64,000 bases of DNA from an uncultured Gammaproteobacteria bacterium (GTDB taxonomy: Bacteria; Pseudomonadota; Gammaproteobacteria; Steroidobacterales; Steroidobacteraceae). The position numbers and the translations under genes were made by a program. This document shows, piece after piece, positions 1 to 7,616 of the stretch; positions within the stretch are counted from its first letter, which is position 1, and each line of letters begins with the position of its first letter. Location of the stretch: the NCBI GenBank assembly GCA_963764065.1, contig CAVXRM010000001.1:58-64057 (forward strand), given 5' to 3'. Below the pieces are notes generated by a model, which worked only from the letters and a program-made list of their open reading frames with translations, did no database searches and was not told the origin of the DNA.

Positions 1-323
1 TTGGTTGGCATCGCCCTTTCTAGCTCTGCACTCGCCGTAGACGCTAGTGGTAGCCTCAAGCAGTGCAATGGTGGCAAGCCCGTTGCCAATGTCGGCTTCT
101 ATTTATCACAAGCGCGCCGACATCTGAAGATATTGCATGGCGTTGGACAGGGTTAGGTCATGATGACTATAGACTTGACTCTGTGTGCATCGATCTGACC
201 AAGCGAGTAACTTGGGTGGTGCTGTTTGTGGGGCGTGGGATACACTCCCCGCCGTGGTCACATTCCGGTTGCGATTGATGACAGAGTCGACGATTGAGAC
301 TGTTGTCGGGCACTAATGCGCTG

Positions 324-407
324 CCTAACTACGCGTTCGAGCGGACGGTGAAATCGCCACGCAATCATTGGCGTTTGCGCGCCGCCGCTCAACGCGAGCG
401 TTAGGCG
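324..407 (+). repeat. attC site 1 (short class, 84 bp)
   Basis: GCCTAAC-TACGCGTTCGAGCGG ... CCGCTCAACGCGAGC-GTTAGGC. Confidence 0.75.
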
Positions 408-839
408 ACTCGACGCCACAATAGACAAAGTTGGCAGCCTAGCTGCTAAGAAGCAAAACCTTTAGGGTGTCGCGGGTGTTGCGGCAAGTGGGCGGTGGTG
501 GGCTTGACAGCTGACGAGAGGTTGGGTCAACACAGTTGAGGTCATCCGTTTCGAGCATCACTTCGGGTGCTAGGCTAGCTGCGTGAACCGCCAGCGTTCA
601 TGTGATCATAAAGTGCCGCGCCGCCGCGCGCTGATCACCGTTGTGTTGCGTGGTTCCGCACGGTGGCATCCGCCCGCAGGTTCATCGGTCAAGGGCTGTG
701 GCGTGTGCCGCTCTACCTGTGGCAAGCCCAGAAAGCAGGCGAGTCTTCAGCGCTGCGCTTCGGCGGCGGTTGCCGATACTAATCGGCGCCGTGCGGCGCC
801 GCATGTTAGCAGCCCGTCACGCACGGCTGGCATGCGGCA

Positions 840-965
840 CCCTAACAACGCGTTCGAGCGGTCCGTGAAACGATATCGTGTGCGCGCCGCGAACGCGGCG
901 CGCCATCATGTGCCGCCGGCGCGCAGCCGCGCTCATCGCGCGGCCGCTCAACGCGAGCGTTAGGT
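840..965 (+). repeat. attC site 2 (126 bp)
   Basis: CCCTAAC-AACGCGTTCGAGCGG ... CCGCTCAACGCGAGC-GTTAGGT. Confidence 0.8.
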
Positions 966-977
966 GACTGGCTGCAC

Positions 978-1223
978 ATGAACCAACCAACGCCAAGCGA
1001 ATTCACTGTGGGATTTGGGCGCATTGCCCGAACTCTTGATTACGCCGATCAAATTGGGCATCTGGTGTTCACATTTGATCTATCGGGCAAGGGCCCCAAA
1101 TCGTTCCACCTGGAGCATGGGGCCGACCGATCGCAGAGAGACGCTCGATACAGCGTGGCCTATAAGCGCACAATGGTCTTTCTCAAATCTCGAGGGTACG
1201 AGGTTGACGAGTTTGTGGCGTAG
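978..1223 (+). CDS. cassette ORF, hypothetical protein (81 aa)
   Basis: ATG ORF that fills the cassette between attC2 and attC3. No motif recognised. Confidence 0.5.
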   Translation: MNQPTPSEFTVGFGRIARTLDYADQIGHLVFTFDLSGKGPKSFHLEHGADRSQRDARYSVAYKRTMVFLKSRGYEVDEFVA

Positions 1224-1235
1224 CGTGGGCCTGTC

Positions 1236-1361
1236 ACCTAACAACGCGTTCGAGCGGTCCGTCATGCCTGGTCGCAGGCGCGCCGCGAGCGCGGCACGCC
1301 ATCATGCGCCTCCGGCGCGCAGCCGCGCTCATCACGCGGCCGCTCAACGCGAGCGTTAGGG
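1236..1361 (+). repeat. attC site 3 (126 bp)
   Basis: ACCTAAC-AACGCGTTCGAGCGG ... CCGCTCAACGCGAGC-GTTAGGG. Confidence 0.8.
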
Positions 1362-1685
1362 GGCACAGTCGGGCGCGAATGTTGGGCCGCATGCCAAGCT
1401 AACGCGGCACACCTTGTTCGATCGTCCGCGTCGACAAGCCCCGACCGCTCAGTCAGTGCCTTCGCTTCCGCGGCGTGACCCATCACCGCAAGCCCATGTT
1501 TGGCTCCCAAGGCCTGGGTAGCGTTTCGGGCTCTACAAGTCCCGAAAATCCGTGATCTCTCTGACTCCTGCGGCCACCCGCTTGCGCCGCTACGAATGAG
1601 GGGGCATTCTTAGGCGGCGAGTCAATGGCATCGATCTCGCGACAGCGGCAACTCTGGAGGCATAGGAAGTGTCATCTGCTGCGCC

Positions 1686-1811
1686 CCCTAACAACGCGTT
1701 CGAGCGGTCCGTGAACCGTCATTGCGTGCGCGCCGCTAACGCGGCACGCCATCATGCGCTTCCGGCGCGCAGCCGCGCTCATCGCGCGGCCGCTCAACGC
1801 GAGCGTTAGAC
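1686..1811 (+). repeat. attC site 4 (126 bp)
   Basis: CCCTAAC-AACGCGTTCGAGCGG ... CCGCTCAACGCGAGC-GTTAGAC. Confidence 0.8.
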
Positions 1812-1820
1812 CCACGCTTT

Positions 1821-2351
1821 ATGGACACCGTTGTTCATGCCACGCAGGAGTCGGAGTTACCTCGGCGCTTCATCAAGGTAAACCACGCCGGCGAGCACGG
1901 TGCCGTCAATATCTACAGGGCGCAAGCTTTAGTGTGCAGGTTGACGGCACCAGACTTAGTGCCGGTGCTGCAAGAGTTTCGAGCACATGAGGAACGGCAT
2001 AGGGCACTCTTCAGTCATTACCTCTCGAAGCACAAGTCAAGGCGATGTCGCAGCTACCACCTCTGTGGCATTGGCGGCTTTGTTCTTGGGGCCATAAGTG
2101 GGCTGTGTGGGCGCGCAGCCGTTGCCGCAACTACCATTGCTGTTGAGAAAGTGGTTCTAAGGCACCTCAACGAGCAGCTCGTACAAATTGCCAACGACGC
2201 TGACGCGCACGCGGCAGTCTCAGCCATTATTCGCGACGAGACAGAGCATCACGATCGCGCTAGTCTTGATGTAAAGCAGGGGACCTTCTGGCCGAGACTG
2301 TTTATGCCGTTGGTCAGCGGTGCTACCGAGGCGGTGATCTGCTGGGGTTAA
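1821..2351 (+). CDS. cassette ORF, demethoxyubiquinone hydroxylase (COQ7)-like di-iron protein
   Basis: VNHAGEHGA..., EERH, VEK..., ETEHH form a duplicated E...ExxH di-iron carboxylate pattern typical of COQ7. Confidence 0.7.
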   Translation: MDTVVHATQESELPRRFIKVNHAGEHGAVNIYRAQALVCRLTAPDLVPVLQEFRAHEERHRALFSHYLSKHKSRRCRSYHLCGIGGFVLGAISGLCGRAAVAATTIAVEKVVLRHLNEQLVQIANDADAHAAVSAIIRDETEHHDRASLDVKQGTFWPRLFMPLVSGATEAVICWG

Positions 2352-2369
2352 AGTTGTGAGCATGCTTGG

Positions 2370-2495
2370 GTCTAACAACGCGTTCGAGCGGTCCGTCATG
2401 CCTGGTCGCAGGCGCGCCGCGAGCGCCCTGGTACATTGTGCGCCCGCGGCGCGCGTCATGCGGCATCGCGCGGCCGCTCAACGCGAGCGTTAGAT
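2370..2495 (+). repeat. attC site 5 (126 bp)
   Basis: GTCTAAC-AACGCGTTCGAGCGG ... CCGCTCAACGCGAGC-GTTAGAT. The central part is nearly identical to attC 6. Confidence 0.8.
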
Positions 2496-2500
2496 TCCGA

Positions 2501-2812
2501 ATGTATCGGGCGTTTCTACTTCTCCTGGTTCTTGCCCTCGCGTCGCGGCCTGATGTTTTGTACGCTCAGACACACGCAGGAATTACCATCGACGTGGCCA
2601 CGGACGGCACTTGCCGTGCCGCGGGCTTGCATGTTTCGTGTCGCGACATCGGAGCAAAGCTTCGCGAGTCGCGGGCTCCACTAGACACATGGTTGACGTT
2701 CTCCGGAGACGGCGCTCTCAACTACCCATTGTTGAAATCAACTATTGACTCACTCGCGCACGCGGGCTTTAGTAAAATGAAGATTGGATTCCTTGTGGAG
2801 CCGGTTCACTAA
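2501..2812 (+). CDS. cassette ORF, small secreted protein (103 aa)
   Basis: ATG 6 nt after attC5. N-terminal signal peptide MYRAFLLLLVLALASRPDVLYA. Confidence 0.55.
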   Translation: MYRAFLLLLVLALASRPDVLYAQTHAGITIDVATDGTCRAAGLHVSCRDIGAKLRESRAPLDTWLTFSGDGALNYPLLKSTIDSLAHAGFSKMKIGFLVEPVH

Positions 2813-2831
2813 TGTACGGCGCGCATTCGAA

Positions 2832-2957
2832 ATCTAACAACGCGTTCGAGCGGACCGTCATGCGTCGTCGCAGGCGCGCCGCGAGCGCCCTGGTACATTG
2901 TGCGCCAGCGGCGCGCCTCATGCGGTATCGCGCGGCCGCTCAACGCGAGCGTTAGGC
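2832..2957 (+). repeat. attC site 6 (126 bp)
   Basis: ATCTAAC-AACGCGTTCGAGCGG ... CCGCTCAACGCGAGC-GTTAGGC. Confidence 0.8.
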
Positions 2958-2961
2958 GGCC

Positions 2962-3348
2962 ATGACCTACCCGAGTCTCGTGCGTCGCTACGTCGCAACC
3001 ACCGTTGACGTTATAGCGATCATCTTTATCTTCTATATCTACGCCCAGAGCCCCTTGTACATTGCTCACGATGGTGTCACTGCTGTATGGCCGCTGTGGT
3101 TGTTTGTCCTATATGAGCCCATATGCAATCGATACCTCACAACGCTAGGGCAGTTCGTAATGCATTTCAGGGTACGTACGTACGTAGGACATAAGCGCGT
3201 ACCCGTGTGGAGAGGTATCGTTAGAGTGCTCGCCAAGTATGCGCTGGGCGCGCTGTCGTTCTTTCGAATGCCAATGCAAAAACAACGCAGAGCACTTCAC
3301 GACATCATTTCTGGCACGATCGTAATCGAAGCGGGAGGGCCTGTATGA
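2962..3348 (+). CDS. cassette ORF, RDD-family membrane protein
   Basis: N-terminal RRYVATTVDVIAII and C-terminal HDIISGTIVI are RDD-like, with hydrophobic helices. Confidence 0.55.
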   Translation: MTYPSLVRRYVATTVDVIAIIFIFYIYAQSPLYIAHDGVTAVWPLWLFVLYEPICNRYLTTLGQFVMHFRVRTYVGHKRVPVWRGIVRVLAKYALGALSFFRMPMQKQRRALHDIISGTIVIEAGGPV

Positions 3349-3364
3349 ATGCGTGTGCGCGGCC

Positions 3365-3490
3365 GCCTAACAACGCGTTCGAGCGGTCCGTGAAGCGTCA
3401 TCGCGTGCGCGCCGCGAGCGCGGCACGCCATCATGCGCCGTCGGCGCGCAGCCGCGCTCGTCGCGCGGCCGCTCAACGCGAGCGTTAGGT
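3365..3490 (+). repeat. attC site 7 (126 bp)
   Basis: GCCTAAC-AACGCGTTCGAGCGG ... CCGCTCAACGCGAGC-GTTAGGT. Confidence 0.8.
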
Positions 3491-3493
3491 TGC

Positions 3494-4048
3494 ATGCGCG
3501 CGCACTTCGTCTTGCTGATCCTCGCAAGTGCCGCATGCTCGGCGCAGCCCTACACCTTTCGAGGTATCTCTCAAAACCTCACTTGCGAGGAGGCCCGTGC
3601 GAAAGAAGCCGCACTGGGTAGCGTATTCGTGCGCGAAGTAACTCCGAACGCATCCGAGCCGCAGTATAAGCATTACCTGTTCACTGGCACTCTCTATGAC
3701 GCACCGGTGGAGATCAAGTTGGGGTGTCTCACGTTGCAAGGGTCCGGGCGACAAATTCTCTACGACGGGTTCTACATCTTCCACTCGCCCGAGTCGGTTC
3801 CAGCCAACGCATTCCTGGATCGCATCATCCGTGAACTCACGCCTACGTACGGTGCACCCAGAGAAGTTGCGGACATCTGGAACAAGGCAGACGGTACAAG
3901 CACGATCATTGGAAAGAGAGTTCTGTTTGCCTGTGTCAATGACGCCCGTTCGGGCTATTCCCTGATGGCCTTGCTTCGTAACCCCGCGCAGGCGCAACTT
4001 GACTACCAAGTGGTGTTAGACATGCGTTACGTTAATGGTCCATGCTAG
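3494..4048 (+). CDS. cassette ORF, secreted hypothetical protein (184 aa)
   Basis: Starts 4 nt after attC7. Signal peptide MRAHFVLLILASAACSAQ. Confidence 0.55.
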   Translation: MRAHFVLLILASAACSAQPYTFRGISQNLTCEEARAKEAALGSVFVREVTPNASEPQYKHYLFTGTLYDAPVEIKLGCLTLQGSGRQILYDGFYIFHSPESVPANAFLDRIIRELTPTYGAPREVADIWNKADGTSTIIGKRVLFACVNDARSGYSLMALLRNPAQAQLDYQVVLDMRYVNGPC

Positions 4049-4064
4049 AGCAGCCGCGCATGCA

Positions 4065-4148
4065 AACTAACTACGCGCTCGAGCGGACAGCTAAACAGCA
4101 ATGCAATCTTCGGCGTGGTCGCGCCGCCGCTCAACGCGAGCGTTGGGC
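4065..4148 (+). repeat. attC site 8 (short class, 84 bp)
   Basis: AACTAAC-TACGCGCTCGAGCGG ... CCGCTCAACGCGAGC-GTTGGGC. Confidence 0.7.
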
Positions 4149-4170
4149 GACCCCGCAGCAGGTAGCGCAT

Positions 4171-4464
4171 ATGACACCGCGCGAGGAGACTTTTGTTAGA
4201 CGCTGGGCAGTTCAAAGGGCGCGGGGTCGGCGTCACTACGTACTCATGGCCGGCGTGGTTGGCTACGGCGTACCAATGTTTGTGGTAATGACCTGCGTTG
4301 TAAATAGGCCTGCCCATCTGACGATTGGCGAACTCGCTGGCGCGGCTGCGGTGTGGGCTATTGCAGGGTTGGGCTTTGGCGCAACTGTCTGGTACTTCTC
4401 GGAGCGACGCTACAGGCGATTGGTCCCGAGTGAAGGAAGTGGGGTTAAAAGTGGGATCGCCTAA
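4171..4464 (+). CDS. cassette ORF, small two-helix membrane protein (97 aa)
   Basis: First ATG after attC8. Two hydrophobic segments. Stop lies within the R'' of attC9. Confidence 0.5.
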   Translation: MTPREETFVRRWAVQRARGRRHYVLMAGVVGYGVPMFVVMTCVVNRPAHLTIGELAGAAAVWAIAGLGFGATVWYFSERRYRRLVPSEGSGVKSGIA

Positions 4465-4584
4465 CGACGCGTTCGAGCGGTCCGTGAAACGATATCGCGA
4501 GCGCGCTGCGAGCGCGGCGCGCCATCATGTGCCTCCGGCGCGCGGCCGCGCTCAACGCGCGGCCGCTCATCGCGAGCGTTAGAC
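4459..4584 (+). repeat. attC site 9 (126 bp)
   Basis: GCCTAAC-GACGCGTTCGAGCGG ... CCGCTCATCGCGAGC-GTTAGAC. The TAA stop of the preceding ORF lies inside R''. Confidence 0.8.
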
Positions 4585-4587
4585 CAC

Positions 4588-5043
4588 ATGAATGCACCAT
4601 TTCTGTATGCGTTAGTGATAGCGATGGCGGGCGTTGCGCCGCTCAGCGCGTTCTCTGCGGAGTCGCAGTGCGGCGGCAACGCGATTGACGTAGGCAGATG
4701 TCAGGATAGTGCACTTCGTGCCGCTAACGAGCGGCTCAACGCGGTTTACTCCATGGTTACAAAGATGTTTGATGCGGGCGAGGTTGATTCCGACATCTCG
4801 TACTTTCCCATCAAGAAGGCGAAAGCGATTGCTGCCGAGCGCTCGTGGATCCGGTATAGAGACGCACAGTGCGGGGCCGAAGGCGCGATGATTATCCCTG
4901 GATCTGGTGTCGCCACTGTAACGGGTAGGTGCCTTTTGTTGCTGACGCAAGAGCGCATAGGCTATTTGGAAAGCCTCGCTGATGAGCTTAGGGGAGAGTC
5001 AAAGCTGTGCGAGAACGACGCCTCCGCGTGCAAGTTGAAGTGA
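4588..5043 (+). CDS. cassette ORF, LprI/DUF1311-family (lysozyme-inhibitor-like) secreted protein
   Basis: Signal peptide, conserved Cys pairs and the ERSWIRYRDAQC motif typical of DUF1311. Confidence 0.65.
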   Translation: MNAPFLYALVIAMAGVAPLSAFSAESQCGGNAIDVGRCQDSALRAANERLNAVYSMVTKMFDAGEVDSDISYFPIKKAKAIAAERSWIRYRDAQCGAEGAMIIPGSGVATVTGRCLLLLTQERIGYLESLADELRGESKLCENDASACKLK

Positions 5044-5077
5044 ATAGGAGTCACGAGAGGTGGCAGGGCGGAATGTG

Positions 5078-5203
5078 GTCTAACTACGCGTTTGAGCAGA
5101 CCGGGGAGCCGTCCGCGCGGGCGTGCGTCCGGCAATCACAACCATTGAGGCCGGCCGCGCGCTTGAAGCGCTTGCGGCCGGCCGCTCAACGCGAGCGTAA
5201 GAC
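5078..5203 (+). repeat. attC site 10 (126 bp, degenerate R')
   Basis: GTCTAAC-TACGCGTTTGAGCAG ... CCGCTCAACGCGAGC-GTAAGAC. R' reads GTAAGAC, not GTTRRRY. Confidence 0.65.
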
Positions 5204-5244
5204 GTCAGACTTGACGTGCACTACGTTGTACGTACACTGTAAGA

Positions 5245-5538
5245 ATGGATGGCATCCGCTTCGAGTGGGACCCCAAGAAGAACCGGCTCAACAAGGCTCG
5301 GCACGGGGTGTCGTTTGAAGAGGCAAAAACAGCCTTCTTTGACGAACACGCACGGATCATTGCTGATCCCGAGCACTCTGACGATGAAGACCGGTTGATT
5401 CTCCTCGGTCTGAGCATTGACTTGCGTGTTCTGGTGGTCTGCCACTGCTACAGGGAGTCAGACCGCATCATTCGCATTATATCCGCCCGAAAGGCCGACT
5501 CATCTGAACGAAGCGAGTACGCAGGGTTCCTACCATGA
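5245..5538 (+). CDS. brnT: BrnT-family (DUF497) toxin
   Basis: FEWDPKKNRLNKARHGVSFEEAKTAFFD...IRIISARKA is the DUF497/BrnT signature. Confidence 0.8.
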   Translation: MDGIRFEWDPKKNRLNKARHGVSFEEAKTAFFDEHARIIADPEHSDDEDRLILLGLSIDLRVLVVCHCYRESDRIIRIISARKADSSERSEYAGFLP

Positions 5539-5747
5539 AGAAGCACTACGATTTTTCCAAGTCGAAGCCCAACCCCTATGTGGGTAAGGCTAAGCGTTCC
5601 ATTACTATTCGCCTCGATCCCGGTACCATCGATTACTTTCGCGATTTGGCCGGCACAACCGGCATCCCATATCAGAATCTGATAAACCTGTATCTTCGGG
5701 AATGTGCGTCGGAGAAAAAGCGCTTGCGGCTTGAGTGGGCGGCCTGA
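5535..5747 (+). CDS. brnA: BrnA-family antitoxin
   Basis: 4-nt ATGA overlap with brnT. YDFSKSKPNPY...ITIRLD...IDYFR...GIPYQNLINLYLRECA. Confidence 0.8.
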   Translation: MKKHYDFSKSKPNPYVGKAKRSITIRLDPGTIDYFRDLAGTTGIPYQNLINLYLRECASEKKRLRLEWAA

Positions 5748-5748
5748 C

Positions 5749-5836
5749 GCCTAACAACCGCATCGAGCGCGCGCGTGAACGATAGAGTGCCAAGCTCGAG
5801 CATGGGTGCCCGCGGCGCTCATGCGGAGCGTTAGGC
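5749..5836 (+). repeat. attC site 11 (short class, 88 bp)
   Basis: GCCTAAC-AACCGCATCGAGCGC ... GCGCTCATGCGGAGC-GTTAGGC. Both arms changed together relative to the other copies (compensatory covariation). Confidence 0.75.
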
Positions 5837-5840
5837 ACCC

Positions 5841-6350
5841 ATGGAACCGAAGACACTAGCATCAGTTGTCGTCGTCGCCCTAAGTTCGCTCTCGGCGGTC
5901 TCTATAGCTGCTGCCCCAGAGACGGACGAACCGATCTCGGGGGTAACCGTATCCAGCTCGGGCCACGGTATTCCATACGGAACCAGCGCTGGCAAAGATT
6001 ACCTTCCATGGTTGAAGCCCACGAATGACCCAGAATATGGCTACTCCAAGAGCAAGCCCATTGAGATTGGGGGGTTTCTCGAAGGCAGGGGCAATGATTG
6101 GCCCGATCAGTATTTCAGCTCACTACTTGGCCCGAATGGTGAGCCGACCAGCTTTGAGCGAGTCGGGAGCTGCTGCGCCTTTGAGACGAAGAACCCTAAG
6201 ATCGTCCAGGCAGGCATGAAAGTTGGTTTCCTCGATGTCTTCAAAGTCACCATCCTGGGGCGAGAGCCGGTCCTTATCTATGTGACGCTATATTCAGAAG
6301 GGCGCATCTCGGCGCCAAAAGGGTTCACTACGCGAGGAAGGGGTGCCTAA
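5841..6350 (+). CDS. cassette ORF, secreted hypothetical protein (169 aa)
   Basis: Starts 5 nt after attC11. Has a signal peptide. Stop TAA lies inside the R'' of attC12. Confidence 0.55.
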   Translation: MEPKTLASVVVVALSSLSAVSIAAAPETDEPISGVTVSSSGHGIPYGTSAGKDYLPWLKPTNDPEYGYSKSKPIEIGGFLEGRGNDWPDQYFSSLLGPNGEPTSFERVGSCCAFETKNPKIVQAGMKVGFLDVFKVTILGREPVLIYVTLYSEGRISAPKGFTTRGRGA

Positions 6351-6470
6351 CAATGCGCTCGAGTGAACCGTGATCCGCTGTCGCAGGCGCGCCGCCGGCG
6401 CGGCACGCCATCAAGCGCCGCCGGCGCGCAGCCGCGCTCATCGCGCTGCCGCTCAACGCGGGCATTAGGT
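6346..6470 (+). repeat. attC site 12 (125 bp, degenerate R')
   Basis: GCCTAAC-AATGCGCTCGAGTGA ... CCGCTCAACGCGGGC-ATTAGGT. R' has lost its G. Confidence 0.65.
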
Positions 6471-6476
6471 CTCTGC

Positions 6477-6971
6477 GTGGGCATCATCGCGATTCGGGAT
6501 GCGACTCGAGACGACTACGAGGTCATTCTCGCGCTCAACCTTGCTGACGTGACGCACACGAGCCCAATGGACTCAGCACGGCTGATCACCCTCAGTGGTA
6601 TATCGTGCTATCACCGCGTTGCGTGTATGGACGGCCAGGTATTGGGCTTCCTCCTAGCGATGCGCAGCGGCGCTCCCTACGAGAATGACAATTTTGCGTG
6701 GTTCAGCCGCAAGTACCCAAGCTTTGTGTATGTGGACCGTGTCGTTATCTCAAATGCTGCGCGAGGGCAACGCTTAGGGTCACTGCTGTATGAAGACCTG
6801 TTCGGTTGGGCCCGACAGAACGGCATCCCGCATGTGACGTGTGAATACAATATTGTTCCTGCCAATGAACCATCACGACTGTTTCACGAGAAATTCGGAT
6901 TCAAGGAGCAGGGGACCCAGTGGGTATCAAATCGTACTAAACTCGTCTCGCTGCAAGCGGCACAGACCTGA
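6477..6971 (+). CDS. GNAT-family N-acetyltransferase (last cassette or first core gene)
   Basis: GTG start just after attC12. VDRVVISNAARGQRLGSLLYEDL is an acetyl-CoA-binding Q/RxxGxG/A-like motif. No attC follows it. Confidence 0.65.
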   Translation: MGIIAIRDATRDDYEVILALNLADVTHTSPMDSARLITLSGISCYHRVACMDGQVLGFLLAMRSGAPYENDNFAWFSRKYPSFVYVDRVVISNAARGQRLGSLLYEDLFGWARQNGIPHVTCEYNIVPANEPSRLFHEKFGFKEQGTQWVSNRTKLVSLQAAQT

Positions 6972-7013
6972 CAGCCGCATGGACCGATCGGGTTGCTACC
7001 GCCTCAGTTCATG

Positions 7014-7616
7014 TCACTTTGGTTGCATGTTCAAAGTGCCGCAAAACGCCGAGGCATCATGAAAATCCGGCTGCTCCCGCGGATGATTCAACGCCCAGTA
7101 TGAGTGCTGCCCATTGTTCGCTTCGATTACCGCCGCCACGCCCACCTGCCACCCGGCAATGCCCGAGCCGGCCGCCATCGCAGGCACGACAATACTGGCG
7201 CAGACCAGCAGATCCCGTTCGGCTTCATGGCGCAGCTCGATCTTGCAATGACCGGCCTCGAGATCGCGCTGACCACGACGGTAGTCTTCGAACTCGTATG
7301 CAGCCCAGGCGCCCCCGGGCGCGAAATTGAATTCCAGGTAGCGCGGCGAATCACCGGCGCGCGCAAATAGCTCCAGGCAGGTGTGGCGCCACAATTGATC
7401 ACGGCGGGCAGCGCCGCGTGCCTTGCCGCCGGAATGTTCCGGCATCCGCACAAGCTGCAGGTTGCCATGCAGTCGGTATTCAAGAGCCAGTACGCCATCG
7501 CCTCCCAGCGACCCCGACACCATGATGGAGGTCAGCGGTGCGCTGCGCGCAGTCGTACCACGCACGGCGCCGCCCGGATGGCAGATCAAGGGCAGATCAT
7601 CGAAGCGTGCAGTCAT
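7014..7616 (-). CDS. conserved hypothetical protein (possibly DOMON-like fold)
   Basis: 200-aa ORF with the WRHTCLELF...YLEFNFAPGGAWAAYEF motif. Assignment is from memory only. Confidence 0.45.
   Translation of the reverse strand: MTARFDDLPLICHPGGAVRGTTARSAPLTSIMVSGSLGGDGVLALEYRLHGNLQLVRMPEHSGGKARGAARRDQLWRHTCLELFARAGDSPRYLEFNFAPGGAWAAYEFEDYRRGQRDLEAGHCKIELRHEAERDLLVCASIVVPAMAAGSGIAGWQVGVAAVIEANNGQHSYWALNHPREQPDFHDASAFCGTLNMQPK

Larger units (their letters stand above)
1..6971 (+). mobile_element. integron gene-cassette array (partial; intI/attI expected left of window, or CALIN)
   Basis: 12 attC-like sites, each directly after a small plus-strand ORF. Each runs RYYYAAC (R'') to GTTRRRY (R') with an imperfect internal inverted repeat. 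Inter-attC DNA is less GC-rich than the rest of the window. Confidence 0.8.

Noticed and set aside
1-168. Open frame at the left edge (LVGIALSSSALAVDASG...GQG stop)
   Set aside because: It looks like the end of a signal peptide plus ~38 aa. It is truncated by the window edge and too short to support.
583-963. ORFs reading through the repeats, giving recurrent peptides such as NNAFERSV...AAQRER (also 1015-1359, 4325-4582, 5007-5318 and the first part of 6363-6971)
   Set aside because: The repeated 'protein' is just the translation of the attC sequence. Composition is Arg/Ala-rich with no start context.
324-6470. Regularly spaced repeats that could be read as a CRISPR array or REP/MITE family
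   Set aside because: The repeats are 84-126 bp imperfect palindromes with RYYYAAC/GTTRRRY ends. The 'spacers' are 300-650 bp and contain oriented ORFs. That fits integron attC sites, not CRISPR (short identical repeats, 30-40 bp spacers) or dispersed REPs.
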